DNA of 64,000 nt from contig NEEC01000017.1 of the NCBI GenBank assembly GCA_002189035.1, positions 2,542,001-2,606,000 on the forward strand. Direction: 5' to 3'. Shown in pieces: positions 37,860 through 49,966 of the stretch. The notes beneath the pieces were generated by a model that had not been told where the DNA came from, did not search any database, and saw only the letters and a list, made by a program, of their open reading frames with translations. Origin of the DNA: Utricularia gibba (taxonomy: Eukaryota; Plantae; Magnoliophyta). Position 1 is the stretch's first letter; each line of letters starts with the position of its first letter. The translations under genes and the position numbers were made by a program.

Positions 37860-38627
37860 CTTGAAGAAACACGATAAATCTCGGCCTCACGAGCTGGAAG
37901 AGGATTTCTAATTACAATTTGATAAGATGAAGGGCCGGGCCAAGTAAGACTTTTGGACCAGGGGAAGTGGCCCAAACGAGATCGATTCTAGTGAAGCGAC
38001 GAGAGAGCAAGTCGTGGAAATGAAGACAAGGACGCCATCCAGAACTACTTGGTGGTGGACATTGTTTCCTGTTTTTATCATCTACCAGGACTTTTCTCTA
38101 CTGCGAGGAGTCACACGCCATATGCTTCAGTTATGGCTTTTCGTAGATCGAATTGACATTGTGGTGACTGAACCTGGAGACTTGCTCAGTGTTCTCAGTC
38201 AATCCAAAGAATCACATTATTGGGATGGATGGTTATTTTTCATTCTTCCGGACGGCAGCAGCTTCATTAACAAGAGCTGGGGGTAACGAGGAGTTGGGGT
38301 TATAGAGCCCCACGGCCGAGCTGATCAACTAGTGAGAGGATTGCATGCTTGCTTCCTGGTTAGGAATGACACACAAAACGGAGATGAGATGAATCGCTCA
38401 GGAAACTGCCCAAAAAACATGGAGTGGAAAGGGGGGTTTCGCGTAATCTCGCTTACATACCCACAGAATGGATAGATGGTGCGATGGACTTCTTGCTACA
38501 TGTAAAACAGTCAGCCCCTCCATCCTCTCTTCTTCCTTTAACCTGAAAGAAAGGCTGATTTCAGAGTGTGATCCCATTGCCGTCGCTACACAAGAGAAAT
38601 AAAGAAGATGGGTTGATTACCACAGGA

Positions 38628-41600
38628 TCACGAGTCAAAGTCGACGTTGGAATTCTTTCCGGTGAGGATGCGAGATATTTGAAGCCCCCTGCTGAAGGCC
38701 TCGTTGAAGAGTATCCGCGTCTGCATCTGTTGAAATCCTGGCATCCATGATAGTATGGCCAATGGGACCATTACTATCAATCCAAACAGCATGTCGTAGA
38801 GGCGAGCCAGGGATACCACTGTCTCCCACACGATGCTGGACTGCAGAAAAGGTCTGAGCACCTGAGCGATGAGAATGAAGCCCCAGCCGGTGGGAACGAA
38901 CGCCAGAAGACTTTGCACGAAATCAAGAACAGTGATGTTGGTATAGTACAGTAGTATGACAACCACAGCAACTGTGACTGTGATAACGCCGAACTGAACC
39001 ATCCTGTAGTAGATGTGCTGCTTCGCTGAATATTTATCCCGAGCATATGCAACGATGATATAGATGCCCACAGCCACGATCAGGAAGATCCATGAGAGCA
39101 AGTAAACAGCAATGCTTGTATTTCCGCGGGCGATATTCAAATGGTAAACAACTCCATACTGGAAAAAGAAGAAGCGCAGATCTAAAATGATCTCCAACAG
39201 TTTTCCCCACAGTCCAGTTGTCCTCAAATGGTCCTGCTCCTCATACCACCATGCCTCCCAGCTCTGCTCAGATTTCACTAGCATCCCTCTGTACCATATC
39301 CACTTTATGAATGCATCAAAGTCGTACACAGTTTTCAGCCAGTCGAAGCCAGATGGATTAAACATGAATGGTGCCATCATCCATGATACCACAAGGAACC
39401 AACTTGATATCGTCATCAGTATGTAAACAACAGTGTTATTCATACCTAATGGGCTATCAGATGCGTACACGATCAAGATGACCCCAAGTTCAATGGCCTT
39501 GATAAAATGGCTGCGAGCATAGAGTCTGTAATTTTCTACAAAACTCTTGTGCTGCACAACAAAGCCACGCCCGGTGGCACGATATTTGGCACCACCGTGA
39601 AGGATAGTCCTACCGAAGAAATGAGCACGTGTTCCCATCGAGAATGTGAAGAAAAATGAAGCAAGCTGCAGCTGCATGGTGATAAAATCCCAAATTGACG
39701 GGAGGAAGCCGCGCTCCAGTGAGTTCTCTACAATCATAGGAAGGGCAGTGAAAACTCCGATCTGTATAACAAACTGCTGGTTCAAGATGGCACCAAGGGC
39801 TCTATTGTTACTGGAATTTCTTGCATGCGCTTCAACACCACTGAGGGCAAGATAAAGGCGCCCCCAAAGAAAAGCAAAAACCATGACAACCACCATCATG
39901 TTGTTGAAGTAGAACCCAACTGTCGTGTAGAATACAGAAAGCATACGAAAGAAGTCAAGACGATGGCCCAACCTGTATATATCCCTGCTCAAAACCTGTT
40001 CTCCGTTGCCACTGGCAACTTTTGCTTCAAACATAGAAATCTGATTCAATCCAACATCTCTTCCTTTCCCAACTTGTATGTATTCATGGTGCGTGACGTT
40101 GCCACCTCTCAACGTACAGTTGAATCCGGCATAGATATCCTCACTTATGTTGATCACTCTTGAGGCTTTGCTGATACCACCACGAGTCAAAAACCAGAAC
40201 CTGTCAAAGACATCAGGATGACCATAGTGCATTCGAACCTTGAGAGGATTCGCCAATACACGTTGACCCAGAGTTACAAAACTCATCTCCTGTGCAGACA
40301 TGAACCACGCCAGGGATGAAACAGAACCTGTAAATATGTTTTCGCGAATCCCAGAATGGTAGGCCTTCTAACACCATGACTGACTTTGAATTCTTCCAAC
40401 AGGTTTCGCATCTTCAGTGCCTCCTCGAAACAGTTGTCCTGGTTCATATCGATTGCCTGCAGAGCATCACCACGGGTGAATATTATGGCATGGTTTTGGT
40501 TCTCAGGCTTACCTTCCCCAAGCTTCAGAGGGCCAGGTAGCTTAATTCGATAGACTTCCACCTCTTTATCTTGTTCATGATCATATTTCACCAGAACAGA
40601 GTAGTACTCCTCTTCTCTTCCAAGGTTGACTACATCAACATACGCAACACGAAGGGCCTCATTACTTTTCATTAATTTTGATATCTCTTCAGCACGTGCA
40701 TCACCTTTTGCCTTGTGAACCCCATACATTTGGCAAGCAACAACGTAAGTGAACTTCATCAGAGCAACTCCATACTCGTGACCTTTGTAAAGCAGGCTGA
40801 TACGACCACTTCCAACCGAATCAAGATTCACAGAATTTGATGAACCCAAAGCTTGGATATCAGCGCTACCATTCACCCTCTGTATACGAGATGTAGAAAT
40901 GTCCATAGATCCTTGTCTTATTTCAATCTCGGATGCAGAATCAAAAAATGAAAGCATTTTAAGGGCCCTGTAATAATACATCATCCCTCTGACAGTCCGA
41001 GCCAATGTTTGACCTCTGTATGAAGCCCACTGCCTGAGGTCCCTAGACTTGGTATTCCATACCTCTGCCTCATCCTGCATTCCTTCCCTTTTCATACGCT
41101 CAATAAAATTTATCCACTCGTCTTCATAAATTTTTTGTAGATAAAACAATGTGGAAATACCATCCTCATTTGGGCTTCTAAGCATTTCTTTACCAAACAA
41201 CACTTCTTCATCGTAGTAAGGAGTCAAGACACTGAAGGCCATCATCTTCTCGACCTGGGGTGCGCGAGGCATGTTCATGAATAATGAATTACTGAAGAAC
41301 GCAATCCTTCTTCTTGCATCGAGATTTTTCGGGACATTGCTCATCGAGTCACGAGAACTAAGGATAGCGTGCAGACGCCGCAACTGCCTGAAGAAGAAAA
41401 CGTCTTCAGCATCAGGCCACTGGATTGAATTCTCGAATGGCAGCTCAGTATCAGTACTTCGTTTAAGAGGTGCCAAACCCTCAAGCCCCAACTGAGTCAC
41501 GGACTTCTTCACCCGTGGGAGTTCACGGATAGCAAGTTCATACAATGCTTGAAGCACATTCACCAATTTATCAACATTTTTCTGTGGCGCGATGAGAAGT

Positions 41601-43947
41601 TCTATAAGAGATATCAACTTCTCGTGAATCTTGGGAAGCACATTTGTCTGGTATGACGTTGTAAACTTCTCAAACAAAATGCATTCGTCAACCTCCTTGA
41701 AAAACTTGGAAACTATTGAATGCTCCTCTGCCTCCTCTCTGATTACCTGAAGAAGCATGTGTTTAACGCTTTCATAAGCTTCAAGGACTGCACAACGCCT
41801 ATACTCAATGTTACAAATCCGAGACCACAGGCCTCTATCCGTATCGTTCCCCAGTTCACTGGCCTGGTAAAGAGCAAGCAAAAGTTCATTCCCCAGCAAG
41901 AAGCAGGGCCACCTTATCACTTTTATATTCCAACAATTAGGTGGCAACTCCAGTAGCTCCAACTCCTTATCACTGATGAGATCCTCTTCTCTTAACGTGA
42001 TTATCACTTCGTTCCATATTAATGCAAACCTGGTGGTTTCGATCTTATCGGATTCCATTTTCTTGTAGGGCTTTCCAAGACCATACCTGAGCTTGAGACG
42101 GTGAAATGCATCTCTTAGTTTATTAACGGCGGTTACCTCCGAAGTAAGACTCTGACGCTCAGGGATCAGATTAAACTGCATGGCACTTGCAAAGAACTGG
42201 AATCTGAGCTTGAACTGACTGATGCTCCGAATCTCACCTATATGAGAAAATAACCCAATCAATGATCCCACGAAAGCGGAAAATGTAGTATACCAGATTT
42301 GCATGTCCACTAAATATATCAATATAACAGGAGCCCACAGCATCGCCACTGCCACTCTGTTGGTGCTAGTGAAAAATTCATGCCACTGGTATTGCACATC
42401 CCTGAGATTCAGGAGAGACATCGTTGGTCCAACTAGAGGCCTTATTTGAAGAAAGTAGCTGAAAGAGAACTTGGAAATCAGGACAACCACCCAGAAAGAA
42501 GCGTACTTGACGTTGTCAACAATTCCTTCCCTGAGACCACGGCCAACGAATGTTCTGGTATTAAACCACCACATCACAACATACAGAATACGCCAATCGG
42601 CTTGCTCAATGAAATTACGGATCCACGGAACAACAAACAAGATCAAAGCCAGTAATTCTGGTATCACGAAGACGAAAGCAGCCTTTAGGAAGTTAAGAAT
42701 TCTTTGGTTCGCCTCATCGGACCACATTCCATCTAAATTCCTCTGGTTCCAAATCTGCCAATAGAAGACACCAAAGACAATACCCAAGCAATTGCAACAA
42801 TGCTTTTCAAAAACATCCTGATACCAAGCAGTTTTTTGTCCTTAGTAACCAAACTATACTGGGTGCCAGCATCGAGAATGGATTGCACGAGCCTTAGAGC
42901 AGCCCATGTAATGAAAACAGTAAGTAACTTAACTTGTGCATCCCTTCTTTCTAACGCCTGCCATGGATAATCAGTCCCTTCCCAAGCAACAATGGCAGCA
43001 GCCTGAAAATAAAGTATCAACAGAACCCACAGCCTATCAAAGCTGCGATAAATATTCCAGAAGGTCCGCTGCTCAACAAAACCAGTCTTTCCCACCCTCC
43101 TTTCCTTATCGGCAGAAAAAAAGCTACTTGACAGATCAAGAGGCCATTTTAACCGCTTAAAGCATCGCCTGCTCCAAAAATACTCATTGATGTCATCATA
43201 GTTCCTCCATGCTGAATGAGGAGCAGTCCCATTTCTACTCCTCGCAACCTCACCCTTGATAGTTGTATAAATAGGAGTGACGACATAATTCAAGAAGCCA
43301 TTCTGTTTACGGGTGTAGGGGACATATAGCTGCCCCGTATCTTCATCAATTTTTCCATCAAGAATGTGGTTGAGCTCTAACGCCAAGTGATGATAGATGT
43401 AACATAAACATTCAGGCGCAAAACGTAGGTTGGCGGATTCACCCCATACGAGCAGATAAAGAGACACGTACAAGAGCTCCCGGCGCTGGAAGTCAGGGTT
43501 GAGGCGAGAGGGTAGACGAACTTGTGATCTCTTACCCAAATAGGAGCACCAAGACGTGTAATTTTCCAAAAGCTTGGAGCGAAAGGCTCGAAGAACGGTG
43601 GGGTCAAGACGATCGGCTGCAGCAGGAGGCGGGTGGAGTCGCATTTGGGAGTTGGCTAAATGGAGCACCAAGTTCTCCCTTTGGTTCCGAACGTTGTCAG
43701 CTTGGAAGCCGAAGAAGTGGCCGAGCCAGTCAAGAAGATCCATGGTGTCGCTCCATGGAGTGGAAGGAGGAGGGGTAGGGAGGTCCCCAGTTGCTAAAAG
43801 GGCTGCGGCGGCGGCGCGTACCTCTGGGCAGGTAAGTGAAGGATGGTTAGATTGGAGATTATGAATAGGAATGATGTTGAAAGTGGTTGTGGGCGGCGGC
43901 GGGCGGCCGCGCGTGGGTGGAGGACGCTGCCTGAGATTACTAGCCAT
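38628..43947 (-). CDS. CALS11: Callose synthase 11/12 clade (GSL1/GSL5), CalS11-like, apparently intronless, with two apparent 1-bp frameshifts
   Basis: Three abutting ORFs encode consecutive parts of a glucan synthase (FFGFQADNVRNQRENLVL, GESANLRFAPECL, EGKPENQNHAIIFTRG, YGHPDVFDRFWFLTRGGISKAS, INISEDIYAG). 5320 nt plus two inserted bases gives 1773 aa, a full-length size. Confidence 0.93.
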
Positions 43948-44778
43948 GACGGCACAGGCTGGTGGGATTCAGAAGAGAAACCACCCCAGCCGGCGGAATT
44001 GAGAAGGTGAAGAATTTTTCATCCTAAAGACAGCATAATATTCTTCCACGGGCCACTGGGACTGGAGGGATTCGGAAATGGTGTGAAAAAGGCTGTGAAT
44101 ATTCATTTCCAATTCGAATTCACTTCTCCAGTCCTGGTGGCGTGGCTAGCTAACCTGCGCGCATGGTCCTGTCCGGGCCGTTCCTACACTAGATGCGGAC
44201 TGGGGGTTTATTTTTTTATTTATTTTATTATTCTGGATAAAAAAGCCCGGCCACAGTTGTTGATCCTATTCACCACCCCATTGCTTTCCGGGTGGCTGGC
44301 TAATCGATCCCAGCACCAACACCAACACCAACGCCATTCCGAATCCAAAGCAGATGGTGGCGGCGGCTGCCGAATAGGTTTTCTTTTTAGCCCAGGCCAA
44401 ATCGCGACGTCAAAGTGAAGAGTCGACAAAAGGGAGACTGCTTGATGAGCTGGGTAGGGGCCCCTGCCTGCGCTTTGCCGAATGGATCGGATCTATATTA
44501 TTAATCCTCGGCCTATTCGCCTGGCCGTCTGTTGACCTCGTGATCATTTGTAAGAAGCTAGTCAATGCCCAAAACCTGCTTAGAAACATCAGATTCCACC
44601 GAGCAAGACGTGTGCAATGGGTAGCGAGGTTCCCAAGGGACAATGGCTTCCCTGAATTTGCTTGTTTGTACACAACTAACTGCCTACAAACAGTGTGACC
44701 AAGGAATAAGAAAGGTGACAACAATGGCAAGGAATATGACATAAACAAAAAAATGGTCCACGCCAAGGCCTGAGGGCA

Positions 44779-46541
44779 TCACCAAAACCAGCTAAACTGG
44801 CTGTCTACGGCCTTCACGGTGGTGGATACCAATGGCATCCGCCCGTATTCATTCGCCAACCAGTTTACACACTCGCCTCTCCTTGTCTTGTGTCCTCCCA
44901 AGCTACTGATTCCTGAAGATCCAATCTCATATAAAGTGCCTGCACCACCGTTCACACAGGGGTCCATCATTCGGTTCAGCAAAGGAGACACAGGAAAGAC
45001 GGACGGACGCTCATTCACCTTTCACCCAAACTGGGGGAGTATCAGTGGCATTCGCAACAAGGAAAGACATTGCGATATCTTCACAGTTCCTAAAGCATGT
45101 AAGGTTGAATGAGAGAAGAATCAATGGAAGGAAAAAAAAAACCCGGATGAATCAGGTTGACAAACAACCTCTCCTTTGTGACGTATTCGCGGATCGATGA
45201 TGGCATCTCATTAGTGTACACACCCAGATACTTCTTATGAAGAAAGGCAGCCTTGGTGAGAATCATACTGTATGTGCCCGTCCACCACACAGACCACCAT
45301 CCACCATACACGTACTTCCCCTGAAATCCCATTCAAAACCAGCATTCAGATCGAGACAAACATCCCAACAGCAAGGGGTAAATAAACTAGGAGTACCGAT
45401 AGGCACCAAGGGTAAATACTGATCAGGAGTTTCAGAATCTACCGATTTATCAACCCAGTGGACACGAGGCACAAACCCCACAATTGTATCTGGGGAACTT
45501 TCCCACACGGTAAAGGCAAATTCCACTGCCCTGCAGGGAATTATAACGTCATCATCCATTGAAAGAACTGCATCCGACTTCAAATCCTGGAGTTCCTTAA
45601 ATCTGTTGTTCAGACTGTCCTCTTTATTAAGATCAAACTTCAACTCTATCGAGCGACCAACTTTGGAGTTCAATTCTATAACACTTGTCAAAAAATTGCT
45701 TAAATGTTGGGAAGGAAGGTCTGGCTCACTCCACACGATGTGAATAGAATCAAGCCCCAAGCATGATGCATAATGGGATACAGACCGCTTAAGCAGGTCA
45801 TGTCTTCTCCATGTGTTCACAAGCAAGGTGTATCCCTTACTGAGCATCACGTAAGATCAACATCAGTACAAGATCATCATCGCATCACACATGCCAATCC
45901 ACCGAATCTTCACGTTTTCAAGTGCTTCACGAGAAATGTAAAAATGGAAATGTTGCCTGCACATCACACTTTGACAAAAAGACACAATTTTTCGCCAGAT
46001 TACATATTTCGCTCAACGGTGATTCTTCGTGGATAAAAAACACAAAAATCATAAAATCAAATTATAACAACCAGCTTGATCTTGCAGAACCATCACTGAA
46101 ATCTCCATATCATACAGATCTCCCAGTTCCACTTAGAATATTTTCTACACAGACTAGGTTATGCAGAGGGGATGATTGCAACGTCAAATGCAGGGCGAAT
46201 CGCCACCAACCACGACACGACATTTTTTCCCAAAACGGGATGAAATTCAATGGCTGGTTCAACTAATGGAGTAGCAATCAATGCACCCAGAGAAGTATTT
46301 CACATTAAAATTTAAAATACGGCGATCAGAAAATCAAAGAAGGAAGTTACCTTCTGATGGAGGATCTCGGGAGCGGAACGGCGCAGCACTTCCATTCCAT
46401 GACTGAAGTCGTGAACCCGGCAAGCAAGCAGAAGATGAAGCTCATGGAGAGACAAAAAAGAAAGAGCTTTAACTCCGGTGACCGGACGACGGAAGCCGCC
46501 TTCTGCCTCACAGTCCTGCGGCTAGAAAGGCCGGTTCGCAT
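44779..46541 (-). CDS. EPC1: Glycosyltransferase family 64, GIPC mannosyltransferase GMT1/EPC1-like, 5 exons
   Basis: N-terminal TM, KGYTLLVNTWRRHDLLKRSVSHYASC, DAVLSMDDDVIIPC, YGGWWSVWWTGTYSMILTKAAF, RNCEDIAMSFLVANAT, YEIGSSGISSLGGH...FSWFW*. Confidence 0.92.
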
Positions 46542-47628
46542 TATCTGGAAAGGGATGGATATTCCGCAAAGCCAACGTCCGAAACGACTCCGGGTGAGAA
46601 AGGTCGTTTTTCGGCGGCGCCACTCAAGAATGCTCTCAGAAGTTTGAAGGAGTTGGGAGCAATGGCTCCGGTCAGCCGCCAATGAGGACAATCGAGGTGG
46701 ACCGAGTTTGGGAAGCTGAGCTGTTGTGGAGCGTATCAGCATTCACCCATTGGCCACCAACCACCACCTCCCTAGAAATGGACTTTTGCAGGATGGCGAC
46801 ACGGACACAATATACATATGCGGTGCCTGCTGGTCCTCATCATTTGATTGTTTTAATAATCAAACATACTGTGGGCTAGAGATTAAATGAGGTACAGCAG
46901 TTTCCGATGGGGGATGCTGCTGTTAATTCTAAAATATCATATTTGATCCCCTCCCATTTACTGCCCATGGGAATCCTACTGAACTGATCTAAAAGACCAA
47001 TAATGCCCTCCAGCAAAGGCCGGCTTCCATGTTGAGCTGAGCTACTCGGTAGATGGCATGGCGCACAGGTGAATTGTACAAAGTTCGCCACACATTCTCA
47101 AAGGCTGCTGCCTATTGGATGCCTGAACTTGCATCGCGCATATCCATCTACTACCCTACCCGCCCACCTCTACAAGCTCTGAACCCTTCGACGTATGGGC
47201 TTCCGCGGCGCAGCCCAATGGTCCTTTGATGCTTACATAACCTGTGCAGCTTCTCAGCATTCCAGTCTATTGGATTGGGTTGGGTTGAAGAAGCGCGTGC
47301 TGCTGGCCTCCTTTCTCATCTGCTTCGTGATTACGTCACAGTCCGTCGATCCCTAGGGCGGCTCCCCGCCTCTATCCATTGTTCAATGGGTCTGGTGGTT
47401 GGAGAGCTCTCCATTGTTTGGTCTGGTATCACTTGTTAGGGTTTGGCCAACGGATTTCTCATTTCCGTTCACCCAACACTTCCCTTCTATCTTAGTGTTA
47501 GCGTCAGAACTCACAACTGTGGCGACGACTTCCTCCTCTTCTTTTTTTTTCTCTGATCTTGATATTGGGGATAAAATGACTTTTTGCTTTAAGAAACTCA
47601 GATATCTGATTTCTCGTACATTTGAAGC

Positions 47629-48228
47629 TTATCTATCCATGTATCCGTCGTCCCCGTCCTCCGTCTGTACAGACTGCTGGAACTCAGCATCCATTAAAAC
47701 GCCATCCATTACGTGAATCAGCAAGCTTCCCTTCTTTTTCATCGCAACCGCAGAAAGCACAGAATTTGCCACCACCCTTTGATCCGAAGTCCTGCGCACG
47801 TATAACTGGAAGCCCGAGATTGAATCGTACGCCTTTTCCTCACCCAACTCCAAATCCTCCAGAGAAATCCATCGAGGAACCGTGGAGAAGGCTAGGACTC
47901 GAGTGAGAACCGCATATGTGTTGCTATCGTTGCGCTCCAGCCTCAAGTCGCGGTGGAAGGCCTTCTCGGACGGCAGGAAGACTGTGAAGCGAAGATCTTC
48001 GGGTAACATCCCCAGTACCATGTCTCCAAACTCTCCGATGTCGTTGCTAGTGTATGAATTTTTATCCTGGAATTTAGATTCGGGTGGGGCAAGTTCTGAG
48101 TCACCTCCCATGCTTCGGAGGTGGATTGCTGGGAGAATCTGTATTGTGGCAGAAGCAGCGAAGATGATTATGCATATGATTTTGAGTGGGGTTTTCAGTT
48201 TCGTCGCCCCCATTGTTCTTCTTCTCAT
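47629..48228 (-). CDS. FAS1 (fasciclin-like) domain protein, single exon
   Basis: N-terminal hydrophobic segment then DIGEFGDMVLGMLPEDLRFTVFLPSEKAFHRDL, TYAVLTRVLAFSTVPR and LLIHVMDGVLMDAEFQQSV (FAS1 H1/H2 motifs). Confidence 0.85.
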   Translation of the reverse strand: MRRRTMGATKLKTPLKIICIIIFAASATIQILPAIHLRSMGGDSELAPPESKFQDKNSYTSNDIGEFGDMVLGMLPEDLRFTVFLPSEKAFHRDLRLERNDSNTYAVLTRVLAFSTVPRWISLEDLELGEEKAYDSISGFQLYVRRTSDQRVVANSVLSAVAMKKKGSLLIHVMDGVLMDAEFQQSVQTEDGDDGYMDR

Positions 48229-49080
48229 ATGTGCCAGAAGCGATCAATATTGGCTGGCCTCAGGGATGAGTTGACTTGAAGGAACTGGTAGATCACATCG
48301 GATCGGAATCTGAAAATTTCAAGTTAAATTATGCCGTGAGGGCTCAATAATAAATGTGTTGACCTGAGCTCACTTGCAGTTCTGTAATGGCACACACTTT
48401 CATATCCTAGGTCTGGGTCTGGCTCAACTCAAGCTACTGATGTTAAGCGTGTAGAAGATTTAGTTAGATATGTTGAATTTAGAATAGGAAGATGTGCAGA
48501 ACCTAGATTAGTGCCATGGATTCGCACTTAAAGTCTTTCTTAGGTCGCTTACCTAGAACTTCATCATGAATAGCCTGTGCTGTTTTCTTTCAGTTTCTCA
48601 TCAGTTCTCTGATGCTGCGTACTTCACAGCGTGGCGCATTTATAATCTACACTTCTCCCTTCTCAGGTGTCTGCAGCCTGGTAGTAGGGAAGTTGGGTAT
48701 CGTCAATCATGCGCAGGCATTGAAGCTCCAAGCGAAGCTCGTCTCACATCTGAGGCTGCACATGATCGCAGACACCCTCCCACATCCTTCTTTTATTCGA
48801 ATCCGAGGGGACATGTCTCAAATGCTGGTTTTGGGCTAGGGAGAGGAAGATCGGTGCGATCGAGGTTGCATTTCTTCGCATGGGCTGGCCTGTAATATCG
48901 GTACTGATTTGGGTTATTTCCAGCACAGAGTCCCCTGTGTGGGATTCCAGATAAATAGGGAACGTCAAAGAATCTTGATAGTCATTGAAGATTCAGTGGG
49001 GCACTAACTGCTCAAAATGAGGTGCAAAACAACAGTTGGAGAATCCACAGGAGCCTCATTCCAAACTCAACCCAGAATTG

Positions 49081-49583
49081 TTAGGAGGATTGAACTATAG
49101 TATAGGGGGAGTGACACTTGCGCAGCATGGCGGTTTTGGTACCTATTTCCATGGCGAAGGTAACATGTCCAACAGCACGCGATCCGCCGTCACCTTTCCA
49201 CATGAGTTCCCGCCGCCCGCTCACCCTCCCCGGCGCCATGACTAACGGAACCGTCGTCCCTCCGAAGGGAAAGATCCCCCGTGTTGGCCCCATCTGCATC
49301 TCTTGTAGCCATTTATAGATTTCAATATGCAAGAGCGATTCCGGAGCGCTGGGATCGATGGGAATCAAATCGCGCGCGTGCAGTTCACAAGTGTAGCCGG
49401 GCAAGACAGCAACATCAGCGAAAACCTTGTCCCTCATCTCGGGATCAATCCACACAAAGATCCGGTAACAGTTTGGGCGTGGATCTTGGGAGGGTTGGGA
49501 CTCGTCGATTCGGAGGATATCCACCAGCGCGGAGAGCTCCGGGAGGATATTTTTCTCCTCCGCCCCGCGGTGGGTGTCGGCAT
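49081..49583 (-). CDS. Divergent C2-domain-like protein; start uncertain (ATG 49583 needs a +1 correction at 49563-49566; the ORF track starts at a GTG)
   Basis: The uninterrupted frame predicts alternating beta-strands: CYRIFVWIDP, LIPID, SLLHIEIY, GGTTVPL, GHVTFAMEI. This pattern resembles plant C2/BAP-like proteins. No in-frame ATG lies upstream as read. Confidence 0.45.
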
Positions 49584-49966
49584 AACCGGCGATCTCTCTC
49601 TGTCTGCCCCCCTCACCTTGATTATATGTTTCTTCATTCTTTTGGCGTCAGGCAAGGGCAGCTTAAAAAACAGAAATAACATTTCCTCCGACTTATAACA
49701 CATTTCGGCTGCGGGTGGGCTCACATCTCAATGCAACGGCTACTGGGCCCTTCCCAATTTCAATGTTGTTTCCCCCTTTCTTTCTTTCTTTCTTTCTAGG
49801 AGTTGTACGTGTACATCTCTGTTTTAAAAACACGTAAATTACTTATCGAGGGCGGATCAAGGGAAGTTCGACTTTTCTTCACGGCACCCCTTGGGCTCAT
49901 CGAATCAAATGCGACTCAACTTCTGTCTCTGGATCGCAGCCTCGAATTGCACGACTCCCGGACACC

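Noticed and set aside
38014-38286. 90-aa plus-strand ORF between PSRP4 and CalS
   Set aside because: No recognisable domain, GTG start and no coherent splice model; probably intergenic or 3' flank sequence.
46860-47460. Possible decayed LINE/retroelement fragment between GMT1 and FAS1
   Set aside because: Only vague Trp-containing peptide resemblance; no RT, RNase H or zinc-finger motif, poly(A) tail or TSD that I can support.
48560-48960. Short ORFs with a faint LINE-like LGI..N..AL..AKL pattern
   Set aside because: Similarity is too weak to separate from chance without a profile search.
48968-48986. AGAATCTTGAT, matching the 5' half of miR172
   Set aside because: Only 11 nt match, and there is no fold-back partner.
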